Below are positions 1 to 8,463 of a DNA stretch of 64,000 nucleotides, one piece after another (the stretch's first letter is position 1; every line of letters begins with the position of its first letter). The translations under genes were made by a program, and so were the position numbers. Under the pieces are notes generated by a model that had not been told where the DNA came from, did no database searches, and was given only the letters and a program-made list of their open reading frames with translations. This DNA comes from Candidatus Moraniibacteriota bacterium (GTDB taxonomy: Bacteria; Patescibacteriota; Minisyncoccia; Moranbacterales; UBA9337): NCBI GenBank assembly GCA_026985555.1, contig JALSQF010000010.1:161163-225162 (forward strand). The letters are read 5' to 3'.

Positions 1-1583
1 TGTTTACTGCTCTTAATTTTCTGAAATATTTCTTTAGTAATTTTTTCATTTTTTTTAGCAATACCCTTAATGTCTTCATTTAAAATTCTTCCTATTAAAT
101 TACTATCACTGTTTTCCATTTCCTTAATTAATTTTAGATAAGGAGTTTCTAAAAATCCATAATCATTGATTCTAGCATAAGTTGCCATGTGTCCCACTAA
201 ACCAATATTAGGACCTTCTGGAGTTTGAACAGGGCAAATTCTTCCATAGTGAGAATGATGAACATCACGCACTTCAAACCCTGCTCTTTCTCTAGCTAAT
301 CCTCCAGGGCCCATAGCAGAAAGTCTTCGTTTATGTTCTAATTCTGCTAATGGATTTATTTGATCCATAAATTGAGAAAGCTGAGAACTAGAAAAAAATT
401 CTTTTATAGCAGCTGCTACGGGACGAGAATTAATCAATTGTCCAGGAACTACTGTTTCTATATCACAAGTACTCATTCTATCTTTAATATTTCTTACCAT
501 TCTTGTAAAACCTATTCTTAATTTATTTTGGACTAATTCTCCTACTCCCCTAACTCTTCTATTGCCTAAATGATCAATATCATCTGCCTGTGCTAAAGGA
601 TCATTATTCATTTTAATAATTTCTTTTACTATCAAAACAAGGTCTTCTGTTCTCAACGTTCTATTTTCTTCTGTATTAGGCACATCTAAATTCAAACGTT
701 GATTAAGGCGATAACGTCCCACTTTACCAAAATCATAACGTTCAAAATTAAAAAACATTGCATCTATCATTTGTTTTGCGTTTTCCTCTGTTGCCATATC
801 TCCAGGACGAATTCTACGATAAACTTCTTTATAACCTTCTCCTTGTGTTTTAGCTAAATCTTTCTCAAGTGTATTGTTGATATAATTAATATCTCCAGTA
901 TCAACATCCGAAAACAATTCTTTAATTTCTTTATCTGTTCCAAATCCAAAAGCTCTTAATAAAGAAGTTATTGCTATTTTTCTCTTCCTATCAATTTTTA
1001 CCCAAATTACTCCACTTGCATCAGTATCAATCTCTAACCAAGCTCCTCTATTAGGAATAATTTTAGCACCAAAAACTTTTTTTCCTTTTTGATAACTACT
1101 AGTAAAGAAAACTCCAGGACTTCTAATTAACTGACTAACCACTACTCTTTCTACTCCGTTAACAATAAAAGTTCCTCTTTCTGTCATGAGAGGCAAATCT
1201 CCTAAATAAATTTCCTGTTCTCTTACTTCTCCGGTTGATTTAATTAATAAAGTAGCTTTAGTTCTTAATGGCGCTTCATAAGAAATATTTTTATTTTTAG
1301 CTGTTCTTTCATCATATTTTGGTTCATCTAGATAATAATCACTTATAGTTATTTCCATATCTTTTCTGGAAAAACCTTGAATTGGATTTATTTCATCTAA
1401 TAGCTCCTGAATCCCCACATCTAATAACCACTGATAAGAATTAGTTTGAGCTTCAATTAAATTAGGAAGAGAAATCATTAAACGTTTTTTAAAAAACTTT
1501 CTTTTTGAAAGAGAAGAAGATTGACTAAAACTTCTTTTAATTTTTAAAGTTTTTTTACCTTTAAGCATAAAAACACTTCTCAT
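1..1583 (-). CDS. rpoB: DNA-directed RNA polymerase beta subunit, N-terminal ~527 codons; the gene continues past the window start
   Basis: The minus-strand translation from ATG (cat at 1581-1583) is continuous to position 1: MRSVFMLKGKK...LPNLIEAQTNSYQWLLDVGIQELLDEINPIQ...GDLPLMTERGTFIVNGVERVVVSQLIRSPGVFF...GPGGLARERAGFEVRDVHHSHYGRICPVQTPEGPNIGLV, matching conserved RpoB N-terminal blocks. It is absent from the ORF track only because it has no in-window stop. Confidence 0.9.
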   Translation of the reverse strand, partial: MRSVFMLKGKKTLKIKRSFSQSSSLSKRKFFKKRLMISLPNLIEAQTNSYQWLLDVGIQELLDEINPIQGFSRKDMEITISDYYLDEPKYDERTAKNKNISYEAPLRTKATLLIKSTGEVREQEIYLGDLPLMTERGTFIVNGVERVVVSQLIRSPGVFFTSSYQKGKKVFGAKIIPNRGAWLEIDTDASGVIWVKIDRKRKIAITSLLRAFGFGTDKEIKELFSDVDTGDINYINNTLEKDLAKTQGEGYKEVYRRIRPGDMATEENAKQMIDAMFFNFERYDFGKVGRYRLNQRLNLDVPNTEENRTLRTEDLVLIVKEIIKMNNDPLAQADDIDHLGNRRVRGVGELVQNKLRIGFTRMVRNIKDRMSTCDIETVVPGQLINSRPVAAAIKEFFSSSQLSQFMDQINPLAELEHKRRLSAMGPGGLARERAGFEVRDVHHSHYGRICPVQTPEGPNIGLVGHMATYARINDYGFLETPYLKLIKEMENSDSNLIGRILNEDIKGIAKKNEKITKEIFQKIKSSK

Positions 1584-1793
1584 TTTTTCTTGTCTTGATA
1601 AATTTCTTGAAGACAAAAATTTAATGAGATTAATTTAAAATATTTAATTATTTATGACAATAAAGAGAAACATTCACCCTTATTTATGTAAAAAAGTAAT
1701 AATCAGTTTATTTAATTTAATAACTTATTTTTTATTCTAAAACAAATAATAACATATTTATATATTCTGTCAAGACAATCATAAGTATTAACA

Positions 1794-2468
1794 TTATAAT
1801 TTTATTTTCAAACTTGGTCCCATTGTGGAACATAAAGATATTCCTAGAATATACTTATTTTTTAATGTTTTTGGTTTCACTTTTTCTAACGCTTTTATAA
1901 AAACTTCGTAATTTTCTTTTAATTTATCTGCTCCGAAAGAAATCTTACCAATAATTTGGTGCACATTTCCTGTTTTATCATTTTTAAATTCTTCTTTTCC
2001 TTTCTTAAGTTCACTTATTGCTTCTCTTATTTTATTTGTAACTGTTCCTGTTTTAGGGTTAGGCATTAAACCACGTGGACCTAAAATTTTAGCTACACTA
2101 GCTAACTTAGGCATCATTTCAGGAGAAGCTATTAAAACATCAAAGTCTATTTTTCCTTTTTTTATTTCCTCAATAAGTTCTTCTCCGCTTACTATATCTG
2201 CTCCTGCTTTTTTGACCTCATTTTGTTGTTCAAGAGTAATAACTGCTATTTTTTTACTTTTACCAGTTCCGTTAGGAAACACCACGCTTCCTCTAACTTG
2301 TTGATCTCCTTTTGTTGCATCTATTCCTAATTTAATGTGAACTTCTACTGATTCATCAAAATTTGCTAAAGGATGAGTAACAATAAAATCAAGCGCTTCT
2401 TTTATTGAGTAACTATTTTTTTCTCTTATTTTTTTTACTATGTTGCGATATTTTTTACCTTTTTTCAT
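1794..2468 (-). CDS. rplA: 50S ribosomal protein L1
   Basis: 224 aa with typical L1 blocks (VEVHIKLGID, GTGKSKKIAV, ILGPRGLMPNPKTGTV), in the secE-nusG-rplK-rplA context. Confidence 0.95.
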   Translation of the reverse strand: MKKGKKYRNIVKKIREKNSYSIKEALDFIVTHPLANFDESVEVHIKLGIDATKGDQQVRGSVVFPNGTGKSKKIAVITLEQQNEVKKAGADIVSGEELIEEIKKGKIDFDVLIASPEMMPKLASVAKILGPRGLMPNPKTGTVTNKIREAISELKKGKEEFKNDKTGNVHQIIGKISFGADKLKENYEVFIKALEKVKPKTLKNKYILGISLCSTMGPSLKIKL

Positions 2469-2553
2469 ATTTTATAATTAAAGTGGTCTCTGATAATATA
2501 TTCATTAAAATAACATATTATCTCCCACGTATTAAAAAATTATTTTTTACCTA

Positions 2554-2976
2554 CTAGTTTTCTACCTGTATACCCATATTACGAGCCGTTCCTTCAATAA
2601 TTTTCATAGCCGCATTTATATCATCAGCATTTAAATCCTCTTTTTTTGTTTCAGCTATTTCTTTTATTTGTTGTTTAGTAACTTTACCTACCTTATCTGT
2701 CAAAGGATTACCAGATCCCTTTTTAATACCAGCTGCTTTTTTTAATAATTCCGCCGCAGGTGGAGTTTTCATTATAAATTTAAAAGAGCGATCTTCAAAA
2801 ACAGTAATTTCCACAGGAATTATATCTCCTCCCTTATCTTTGGTAGCTTCATTAAACTGATTACAAAAATCTTGAATATTTATTCCGTGTTGACCTAAAG
2901 CTGGTCCCACAGGAGGAGCAGGATTAGCTTTCCCTGCGGGTATCTGCAATTTAATAATTGTTTTAACTTCTGCCAT
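2554..2976 (-). CDS. rplK: 50S ribosomal protein L11
   Basis: 140 aa: [26 protein letters not shown]...[10 protein letters not shown] is the hallmark L11 sequence. Confidence 0.95.
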   Translation of the reverse strand: MAEVKTIIKLQIPAGKANPAPPVGPALGQHGINIQDFCNQFNEATKDKGGDIIPVEITVFEDRSFKFIMKTPPAAELLKKAAGIKKGSGNPLTDKVGKVTKQQIKEIAETKKEDLNADDINAAMKIIEGTARNMGIQVEN

Positions 2977-3013
2977 ATTTTTTAATTTAAATTTTAGAAA
3001 AATTCTTTATTAT

Positions 3014-3559
3014 TTATATCTTTTTAACTTGTAAAAAATCTAATTCTACGGGAGTTTCTCTTCCAAAAATAGAAACTAATACTTTTAATTTTCCTTTTTC
3101 TTCATCTATTTTTTGCACTTTTCCATCAAAATCTTTAAAAGGACCATCAATAATTTTAACCATTTCATTCTCTTTAATATCAATTTTATATTTTGGTTCT
3201 GATACTCCCATTCGTTTTTTAAGCATTTCTATTTCTTTTGGATCAACGGGTGTCGGAGTAGTTCCTAATCCTATAAAACCAGTTACGTTAGGAGTATTAC
3301 GTACAACATACCAAGAAGCATCAGTTACTATCATATCTACCAAAACATAACCAGGATAAATTCTCTCTTCTACTACAACCCTCTTTCCTCCTTTTATTTT
3401 GATTTTCTTTTCTTTAGGAATGATTACATCAAAAATTAAATCCTGCATATCCATAGATTCAATTCTTTGTTTTAAGTTTTTCATTACATTTTCTTCGTAC
3501 CCAGAATACGTATGAAGAACATACCAGGCTCTTCCATGATGTTGAGTTTGTTTTGCCAT
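3014..3559 (-). CDS. nusG: Transcription termination/antitermination factor NusG
   Basis: 181 aa: WYVLHTYSGYEENV (NGN domain) and a C-terminal KOW-like segment (MVKIIDGPFKDFDGKV); conserved position between secE and rplK. Confidence 0.9.
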   Translation of the reverse strand: MAKQTQHHGRAWYVLHTYSGYEENVMKNLKQRIESMDMQDLIFDVIIPKEKKIKIKGGKRVVVEERIYPGYVLVDMIVTDASWYVVRNTPNVTGFIGLGTTPTPVDPKEIEMLKKRMGVSEPKYKIDIKENEMVKIIDGPFKDFDGKVQKIDEEKGKLKVLVSIFGRETPVELDFLQVKKI

Positions 3560-3580
3560 ATAATTAAATTAAACAAAAAA

Positions 3581-3769
3581 TTATTTAAAAACAATCATTT
3601 TAATTAATCCGCTAAATATATAATCTAAAATTCCCAAAAAAATTGCCACTGCTATACTAATAACAATAACAGCTATGGTATAGTTGGTAGTTTGCTTCTT
3701 AGTCGGCCAATTAACCTTTTTTAACTCCTCTTTTGCTTCACGTACAAATTGAATTATTTTTTGCCACAT
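3581..3769 (-). CDS. secE: Preprotein translocase subunit SecE
   Basis: 62 aa with a single C-terminal TM helix and the V-NWP-TKKQT motif; canonical position upstream of nusG. Confidence 0.75.
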   Translation of the reverse strand: MWQKIIQFVREAKEELKKVNWPTKKQTTNYTIAVIVISIAVAIFLGILDYIFSGLIKMIVFK

Positions 3770-3922
3770 AATATAATAATATATTTTCTAGTCTAAAAAA
3801 AGCCCTTTGGGCTTAAATTTCATATCATTTTTAACTTATCATATATTTTTTTGTTTGTCAACTATTCACATCAAATTATCCAAAATGATACTAAAAATTA
3901 TACTATTGACTATTTAAGTTTG

Positions 3923-4057
3923 TTAGGAAAAATTGATCCAAATTTTTCTTGTTCTAACATAAATTCTATATTTTAAAATCTAAAAATTGACTGATTTTTT
4001 TTGTTTATTCAAAAAACTATGTCCCTTTTAAATCTTTTCCCCAAACTGCGTTGTCAA
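3923..4057. repeat. Direct repeat copy A (135 bp) at the 3' end of the repeat-protein gene; it carries a vestigial start (MLEQEKFGSIFPN...stop)
   Basis: 3923-4057 is identical to 7462-7596 except for 2 mismatches (ttctaacat vs tttgacata). Copy A contains the last 13 codons plus stop of the 1160-aa gene and 40 nt downstream including a pseudo start codon. Confidence 0.9.
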
Positions 4058-7000
4058 CTTCTGCTTTTTGGTTAACTACTGTTCCTAAATCATCATATAT
4101 TTTCTCTTCAGGTTCATCAGTGTCCTGGCCATTAAGCGCTCTTAATCTTTTGACCTCGCCTAAGCCATTAACATATCCTTTGGGCAAATTGATTGTTCCG
4201 CCATACCTTGAAGCCACTATCTGCCTGCTTGCTTGTATTGGTCTTGACAAGCTGTCTTCACTAGCCTTTAAGATGCTTTCTGCGCCAGTATTGGTTTTGT
4301 TTTGCATATATACTCCATTTAACATAGTGACCAATTCGCCCTTTTGGTCGCCAAAAAATCCAAAGACAAATCCAACAGCCTCTCTTTTTTCAGAGTTTGG
4401 CCCGGTTTTTTCTATTTGATAAACATAACTTAATGGGTCTTTCCAGATCCTGGCAATCCATTCTGCATTGCCGATGTTATGCCCTTCTATTCTGTATTGA
4501 GAAGAAGTAAAACAACACTGGGCACTGTCAGCAAAACGCAAACAAGCGATTAAATCTTCTTTTTTGTCCAAATACCTTAAAGTTATTGTTTGGCTTTTTT
4601 GTCTTATGTCTTTGTTTTTGCTTTTGTCTATTTTTTCATAGTCCATAAAAATCTCTTGCAAATGGCTTTCCCATTCAGTTAAAATTTTTTCTCCAATATC
4701 TGTTAAGTTGTCTTCTCCAATTGTTTCCCCAACAATATACCCAAACAATTTAGCTGGATCTTTAGCTTCTAACCGCTCTAAGATGCTTCTTTTTTCTTGC
4801 AGTAGTTTTTCTTTATCACCTTTGTTATTTTTTATCAATGACTTAAACTTTTGGTTTAAAGAATACTTTAATGATTTTCTTTGTTGCTCTAAACTTTTTA
4901 ACAGTTTCTTTAAGTCAACTTTGTTTTCATCTTCCCTTAAAACCGCTAGGAGTGATGTTTCCAAAACCTTTTTATCTCCTAATTTTTTCCAATTTTTGCT
5001 TAAAGCTTCTTCTACTTTATCTAAAAAACCAGGATATTTTTCTTCAATTTCTTCTGCTATACTTTCTGTATCGGTAAGGCCTGATAAGGAATTTATTTCT
5101 TGCAATAATTCATTGTCTCCTTTTTCTTCTAAATACTTAGTGTAAAACGACACCTTTAAAACTAAACCTAACTGATTCTTGCCAAAAGTGCCTTTGGCTT
5201 TGTTTTCCAATGCTTCTAATTTAGCAGAGTCAGATACATCTATTCTTATTTGTTGAACTTGCTTTGGCTGTTTCTCTAAGACTTGTCCATTTTTATCTTT
5301 AGCCTCTATTCCTTCAAAGATCCATCTTCCTTGAATTAAATTTTCGGTTATTTTCTCTACTTCTGCCTGGGAATAGTTAGTATTGTTTTTTAATAATTCT
5401 TGATATTCTTCTAAGACCTCACTACTTATTTCTCCTAATCCCTCATTGATTACTTTTAAGATAGTAGCAAATTTTTCACTGTTGTAGCTATTAACCAAAC
5501 TAAATCTGGTTTTGCCCCCGTTTAGAATATAGTAAAGAATGGCTGAGTCTTTGTCTTGGTGTAGCTTTTCAACCAACTCAAACCTATCTGAGATACTCTC
5601 AAACTGTTCTTTTTTTTCTTTAATAAGTTTTATTCTTTTGTCTATATCCTGGATATCTTCTCCTGTTTGCTCGTCTTTGTATTCTCGTTCTAAGATGTAT
5701 TCCAAAACCTCTTTGTCTGGATTTAAACGCAATTCACTGATTGTTTTTCTTATGGTCTTTAGCAACTTTTTATCTTGAGTATTTTTGTCCTTCAGATATT
5801 CGCCTAAGGAAGCAGACAAGTATTTTTGTTCAATTAATTTGTGGATTGTGTACCAAACAATCCTATCAGGCAATTCTTCTTGGCCACAAAATTGAACTGC
5901 TAAGTCAGAGGCTTTAGTGTTGTCAATTTCGCACAAAGTTTTTATTATTCTTGGCAATAATTTATGGTTCGCTGGTAAAGAACGGGCTACTTCTAAAACA
6001 GCTTGCACTGATTGATCATTATCTAAATCGCGCAATATCTCATTTATCAATCTATTGGTGTATTTTTCTTGTTTTTCTTCATCAACAATGTTTGTAATTT
6101 TTCTTAATCTCTGTGAGTATTCTTTGGTTAATTCCTTTTCCCAGTCTTCTGAAGATTTTCGTACATCAACATAACCGGCTATCATTAAATCTTTAACTCT
6201 TTCGCCAAATTCTTGACTTAATTGTTCTCTTTCTTCTTCTGTGATTATAGCTCCTAATGCTTTTGCAAATTCCTTATCATCTAAAGAAATAACTTTTTGA
6301 AGCAAGGATTGTTTTTGGGCCAAAGTTAAGTTTTTGTTGAATTCTACTGATTGATTAATTAACTCAGAGCCGACCTGGGCTTGGGCTTGGGCGATGCGGG
6401 AGAGGGCTTGGGATTTCAAAAGTGAATCATTAATATTTTCGGCAGTCTCTTTAGCTTGTTGAAAAGTCTCTTTAGCTCCTTCTATGTTTCCGGCCTGGGC
6501 TTGGGCTTGGGCGATGCGGGAGAGGGCTTGGGGCTCTAAAAGTGAATTATTAATATTTTCGGCAGTCTCTTTAGCTTGTTGAAAAGTTTCTTTAGCTCCT
6601 TCTATGTTTCCGACCTGGGCTTGGGCTTGGGCGATGCGGGAGAGGGCTCGTGATTTCAAAAATGAATCATTAATATTTTCGGCAGTCTCTTTAGCTTGTT
6701 GAAAAGTCTCTTTAGCTCCTTCTATGTTTCCGGCCTGGGCTTGGGCTTGGGCGATGCGGGAGAGGACTCGTGATTTCAAAAGTGATTCATTAATGTTTTC
6801 GGCAGTCTCTTTAGCTTGTTGAAAAGTCTCTTTAGCTCCTTCTATGTCTCCGGCCTGGGCTTGGGCTTGGGCGATGCGGGAGAGGGCTCGGGACCTCTCA
6901 TCTGAATTATTAATATTTTCGGCAGTCTCTTTAGTTCCTTCTATGTCTCCGACCTGGACTTGGGCTTGGGCGATGCGGGAGAGGGCTTGGGATTTCAAAA

Positions 7001-7499
7001 GTGAATCATTAATATTTTCGGCAGTCTCTTTAGCTCCCTCTATGTTTCCGACCTGGGCTTGGGCTTGGGCGATGCGGGAGAGGGCTTGGGACCTCTCATC
7101 TGAATTATTAATATTTTCGGCAGTCTCTTTAGCTCCTTCTATGTCTCCGGCCTGGGCTTGGGCTTGGGCGATGCGGGAGAGGGCTTGGGATTTATAATAT
7201 GAATCATTAATATTTTCAGCAATTTCTTGGGCTTGTTGAAAAGTTTCTTTAGCTCCTTCTATGTCTCCGGCCTGGGCTTGGGCTTGGGCGATGCGGGAGA
7301 GGGCTTGGGATTTATAATATGAATCATTAATATTTTCAGCAATTTCTTGGGCTTGTTTGATATTTCTCCATCCTTGAGCCCCTTTTTCTATATTTTCAAC
7401 TATTTCTTTCTCTTGAGGAGAATATCCATCCTGATTTTGTTCAGATTTGTTATTAGGTTCATTAGGAAAAATTGATCCAAATTTTTCTTGTTTTGACAT
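4017..7499 (-). CDS. Large (1160 aa) secreted/surface-type repeat protein: N-terminal array of ~9-10 TPR-like 33/34/40-aa repeats (consensus AENINDSLLKSQALSRIAQAQAQAGDIEGAKET[FQQAKET]) and a C-terminal ~750-aa region of unknown function
   Basis: Long uninterrupted ORF. The repeat units are visible at protein and DNA level. Helical-repeat pattern with conserved small/hydrophobic positions; no recognisable catalytic motif. Confidence 0.8.
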   Translation of the reverse strand: MSKQEKFGSIFPNEPNNKSEQNQDGYSPQEKEIVENIEKGAQGWRNIKQAQEIAENINDSYYKSQALSRIAQAQAQAGDIEGAKETFQQAQEIAENINDSYYKSQALSRIAQAQAQAGDIEGAKETAENINNSDERSQALSRIAQAQAQVGNIEGAKETAENINDSLLKSQALSRIAQAQVQVGDIEGTKETAENINNSDERSRALSRIAQAQAQAGDIEGAKETFQQAKETAENINESLLKSRVLSRIAQAQAQAGNIEGAKETFQQAKETAENINDSFLKSRALSRIAQAQAQVGNIEGAKETFQQAKETAENINNSLLEPQALSRIAQAQAQAGNIEGAKETFQQAKETAENINDSLLKSQALSRIAQAQAQVGSELINQSVEFNKNLTLAQKQSLLQKVISLDDKEFAKALGAIITEEEREQLSQEFGERVKDLMIAGYVDVRKSSEDWEKELTKEYSQRLRKITNIVDEEKQEKYTNRLINEILRDLDNDQSVQAVLEVARSLPANHKLLPRIIKTLCEIDNTKASDLAVQFCGQEELPDRIVWYTIHKLIEQKYLSASLGEYLKDKNTQDKKLLKTIRKTISELRLNPDKEVLEYILEREYKDEQTGEDIQDIDKRIKLIKEKKEQFESISDRFELVEKLHQDKDSAILYYILNGGKTRFSLVNSYNSEKFATILKVINEGLGEISSEVLEEYQELLKNNTNYSQAEVEKITENLIQGRWIFEGIEAKDKNGQVLEKQPKQVQQIRIDVSDSAKLEALENKAKGTFGKNQLGLVLKVSFYTKYLEEKGDNELLQEINSLSGLTDTESIAEEIEEKYPGFLDKVEEALSKNWKKLGDKKVLETSLLAVLREDENKVDLKKLLKSLEQQRKSLKYSLNQKFKSLIKNNKGDKEKLLQEKRSILERLEAKDPAKLFGYIVGETIGEDNLTDIGEKILTEWESHLQEIFMDYEKIDKSKNKDIRQKSQTITLRYLDKKEDLIACLRFADSAQCCFTSSQYRIEGHNIGNAEWIARIWKDPLSYVYQIEKTGPNSEKREAVGFVFGFFGDQKGELVTMLNGVYMQNKTNTGAESILKASEDSLSRPIQASRQIVASRYGGTINLPKGYVNGLGEVKRLRALNGQDTDEPEEKIYDDLGTVVNQKAEVDNAVWGKDLKGT
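6374..7355. repeat. Intragenic tandem repeat array: eight units of 120,120,120,120,99,99,99,120 bp, near-identical at nucleotide level
   Basis: The motif cctgggcttgggcttgggcgatgcgggagagggc recurs at 6374, 6494, 6614, 6734, 6854, 6953, 7052 and 7151, followed by a degenerate ninth unit at 7274; neighbouring units differ by only a few bases. Confidence 0.95.
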
Positions 7500-7596
7500 A
7501 AATTCTATATTTTAAAATCTAAAAATTGACTGATTTTTTTTGTTTATTCAAAAAACTATGTCCCTTTTAAATCTTTTCCCCAAACTGCGTTGTCAA
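7462..7596. repeat. Direct repeat copy B (135 bp) covering the first 12 codons and ~97 nt 5' UTR/promoter region of the repeat-protein gene
   Basis: See copy A. The ATG of the 1160-aa gene (7497-7499) lies inside this repeat. The sequence that is 5' UTR here encodes the C-terminus (NAVWGKDLKGT*) in copy A. Confidence 0.9.
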
Positions 7597-7659
7597 ATTT
7601 CGTTCTGTATGATTTTAAAATTCTTTATCAACAAATAAAAAATAACATCTATAATTAAA

Positions 7660-7944
7660 CTACTTATTGTTTAACATTTTTCTACTAAAATTTAATGCAT
7701 TTACTATTGCTTGAGCAATTTTATTAGCAGTAAAATGAGCTTCTAAATCAGAAATTAATTTTACTTCAGTAATATCTCTTAATTTGAAGTGGTTTTTTTT
7801 AAGTATAATATCTAAATGTTTTAATAAATCCTGATTTAAATTATTTAATTTGCAACATAATAACTCTTCAATAATGTTAGCATTTTTTTCCAAAATCAAT
7901 TTAACTTTTTCGCTGTTTCTTTTTAATATTATCTTTAAAATCAT
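7660..7944 (-). CDS. Hypothetical protein (94 aa), helical, no recognisable family
   Basis: ORF with a plausible start; Lys/Leu-rich composition typical of this genome; no motif I can assign. Confidence 0.4.
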   Translation of the reverse strand: MILKIILKRNSEKVKLILEKNANIIEELLCCKLNNLNQDLLKHLDIILKKNHFKLRDITEVKLISDLEAHFTANKIAQAIVNALNFSRKMLNNK

Positions 7945-7949
7945 TTTTA

Positions 7950-8330
7950 ATTCTTAAATAATAAAGCCGATGGTAATAGTATAGTAAAAATTATTACCAC
8001 CGGCAAGGATAATCTCCATTTTTCTTTTCCATAACTCATCTCCTATTTTATAGGTAAAAAAATAATTTTTATAGATAAAGTGCATAATAATACTCTGGTA
8101 GCCATTCCTTTCTTGGCTACCGTCCAATAAAAATTATTATACCATTTACCTAATGTTAACACCACTTTCCTCCTCCAAGACTGAGGAGGAAATTTTAATG
8201 CTAAACATCTTAATCTAATTGGATTAAGATAGTGGGCTAAAATACTATCCCAATCCCTATGGAAACGATAATTAGTGTCCATTTTCTTTTCCTCCTTTTT
8301 TATTTTTGTTTTTATTTTTATTTAAAGAAC
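7950..8330. ncRNA. Candidate structured non-coding RNA of unknown class: GC-richer, hairpin-dense segment between the 94-aa ORF and murF
   Basis: Local GC is clearly above the flanks. At least four perfect hairpins on the + strand: gccgatggtaatagtatagtaaaaattattaccaccggc, ggtagccattcctttcttggctacc, cctcctccaagactgaggagg and cttaatctaattggattaag. The only ORF here (8043-8282, 79 aa, W/R-rich) has a composition unlike real genes in this window. It contains short RNase-P-like words (GAGGAAAGU, CCAUAGGG on the minus strand) but not in canonical order, and no tmRNA ends (the real tmRNA is at 23922). Confidence 0.25.
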
Positions 8331-8463
8331 TAACTTATAAATAATACTGGATATTAGCTATACAAATTTCATTTATAAGTTAATTGTTTAAAAAAATAAT
8401 TATTTTCAATATTTTTCTATATTAATTATAAAATCCATCTTTTAAGTGTCAACTTAAATTCTA

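Noticed and set aside
4051-7197. Plus-strand ORFs 4051-4419, 4708-5145, 4871-5077, 5539-5778 and 6844-7197 (the last translating to MSPAWAWAWAMRERA... repeats)
   Set aside because: All lie antisense inside the 1160-aa minus-strand gene. The W/A/R-rich repeat peptide is simply the reverse reading of the TPR-like repeat DNA. No independent start or RBS context.
4017-7499. Diversity-generating retroelement target (repeat protein with variable C-terminus)
   Set aside because: No reverse transcriptase, template repeat or Avd gene anywhere nearby. The flanking repeats are direct 135-bp duplications, not TR/VR pairs.
8043-8282. 79-aa minus-strand ORF (MDTNYRFHRDWDS...)
   Set aside because: Trp/Arg-rich composition is unlike real proteins of this genome. 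It coincides with the GC-rich hairpin-dense segment better explained as RNA or decayed DNA.
7950-8330. Considered calling this region tmRNA or RNase P RNA
   Set aside because: The real tmRNA is at 23922-24326 next to smpB. RNase-P-like words are present but not in canonical order, and the P4 partner strands are not complementary. Left as an unclassified candidate ncRNA.
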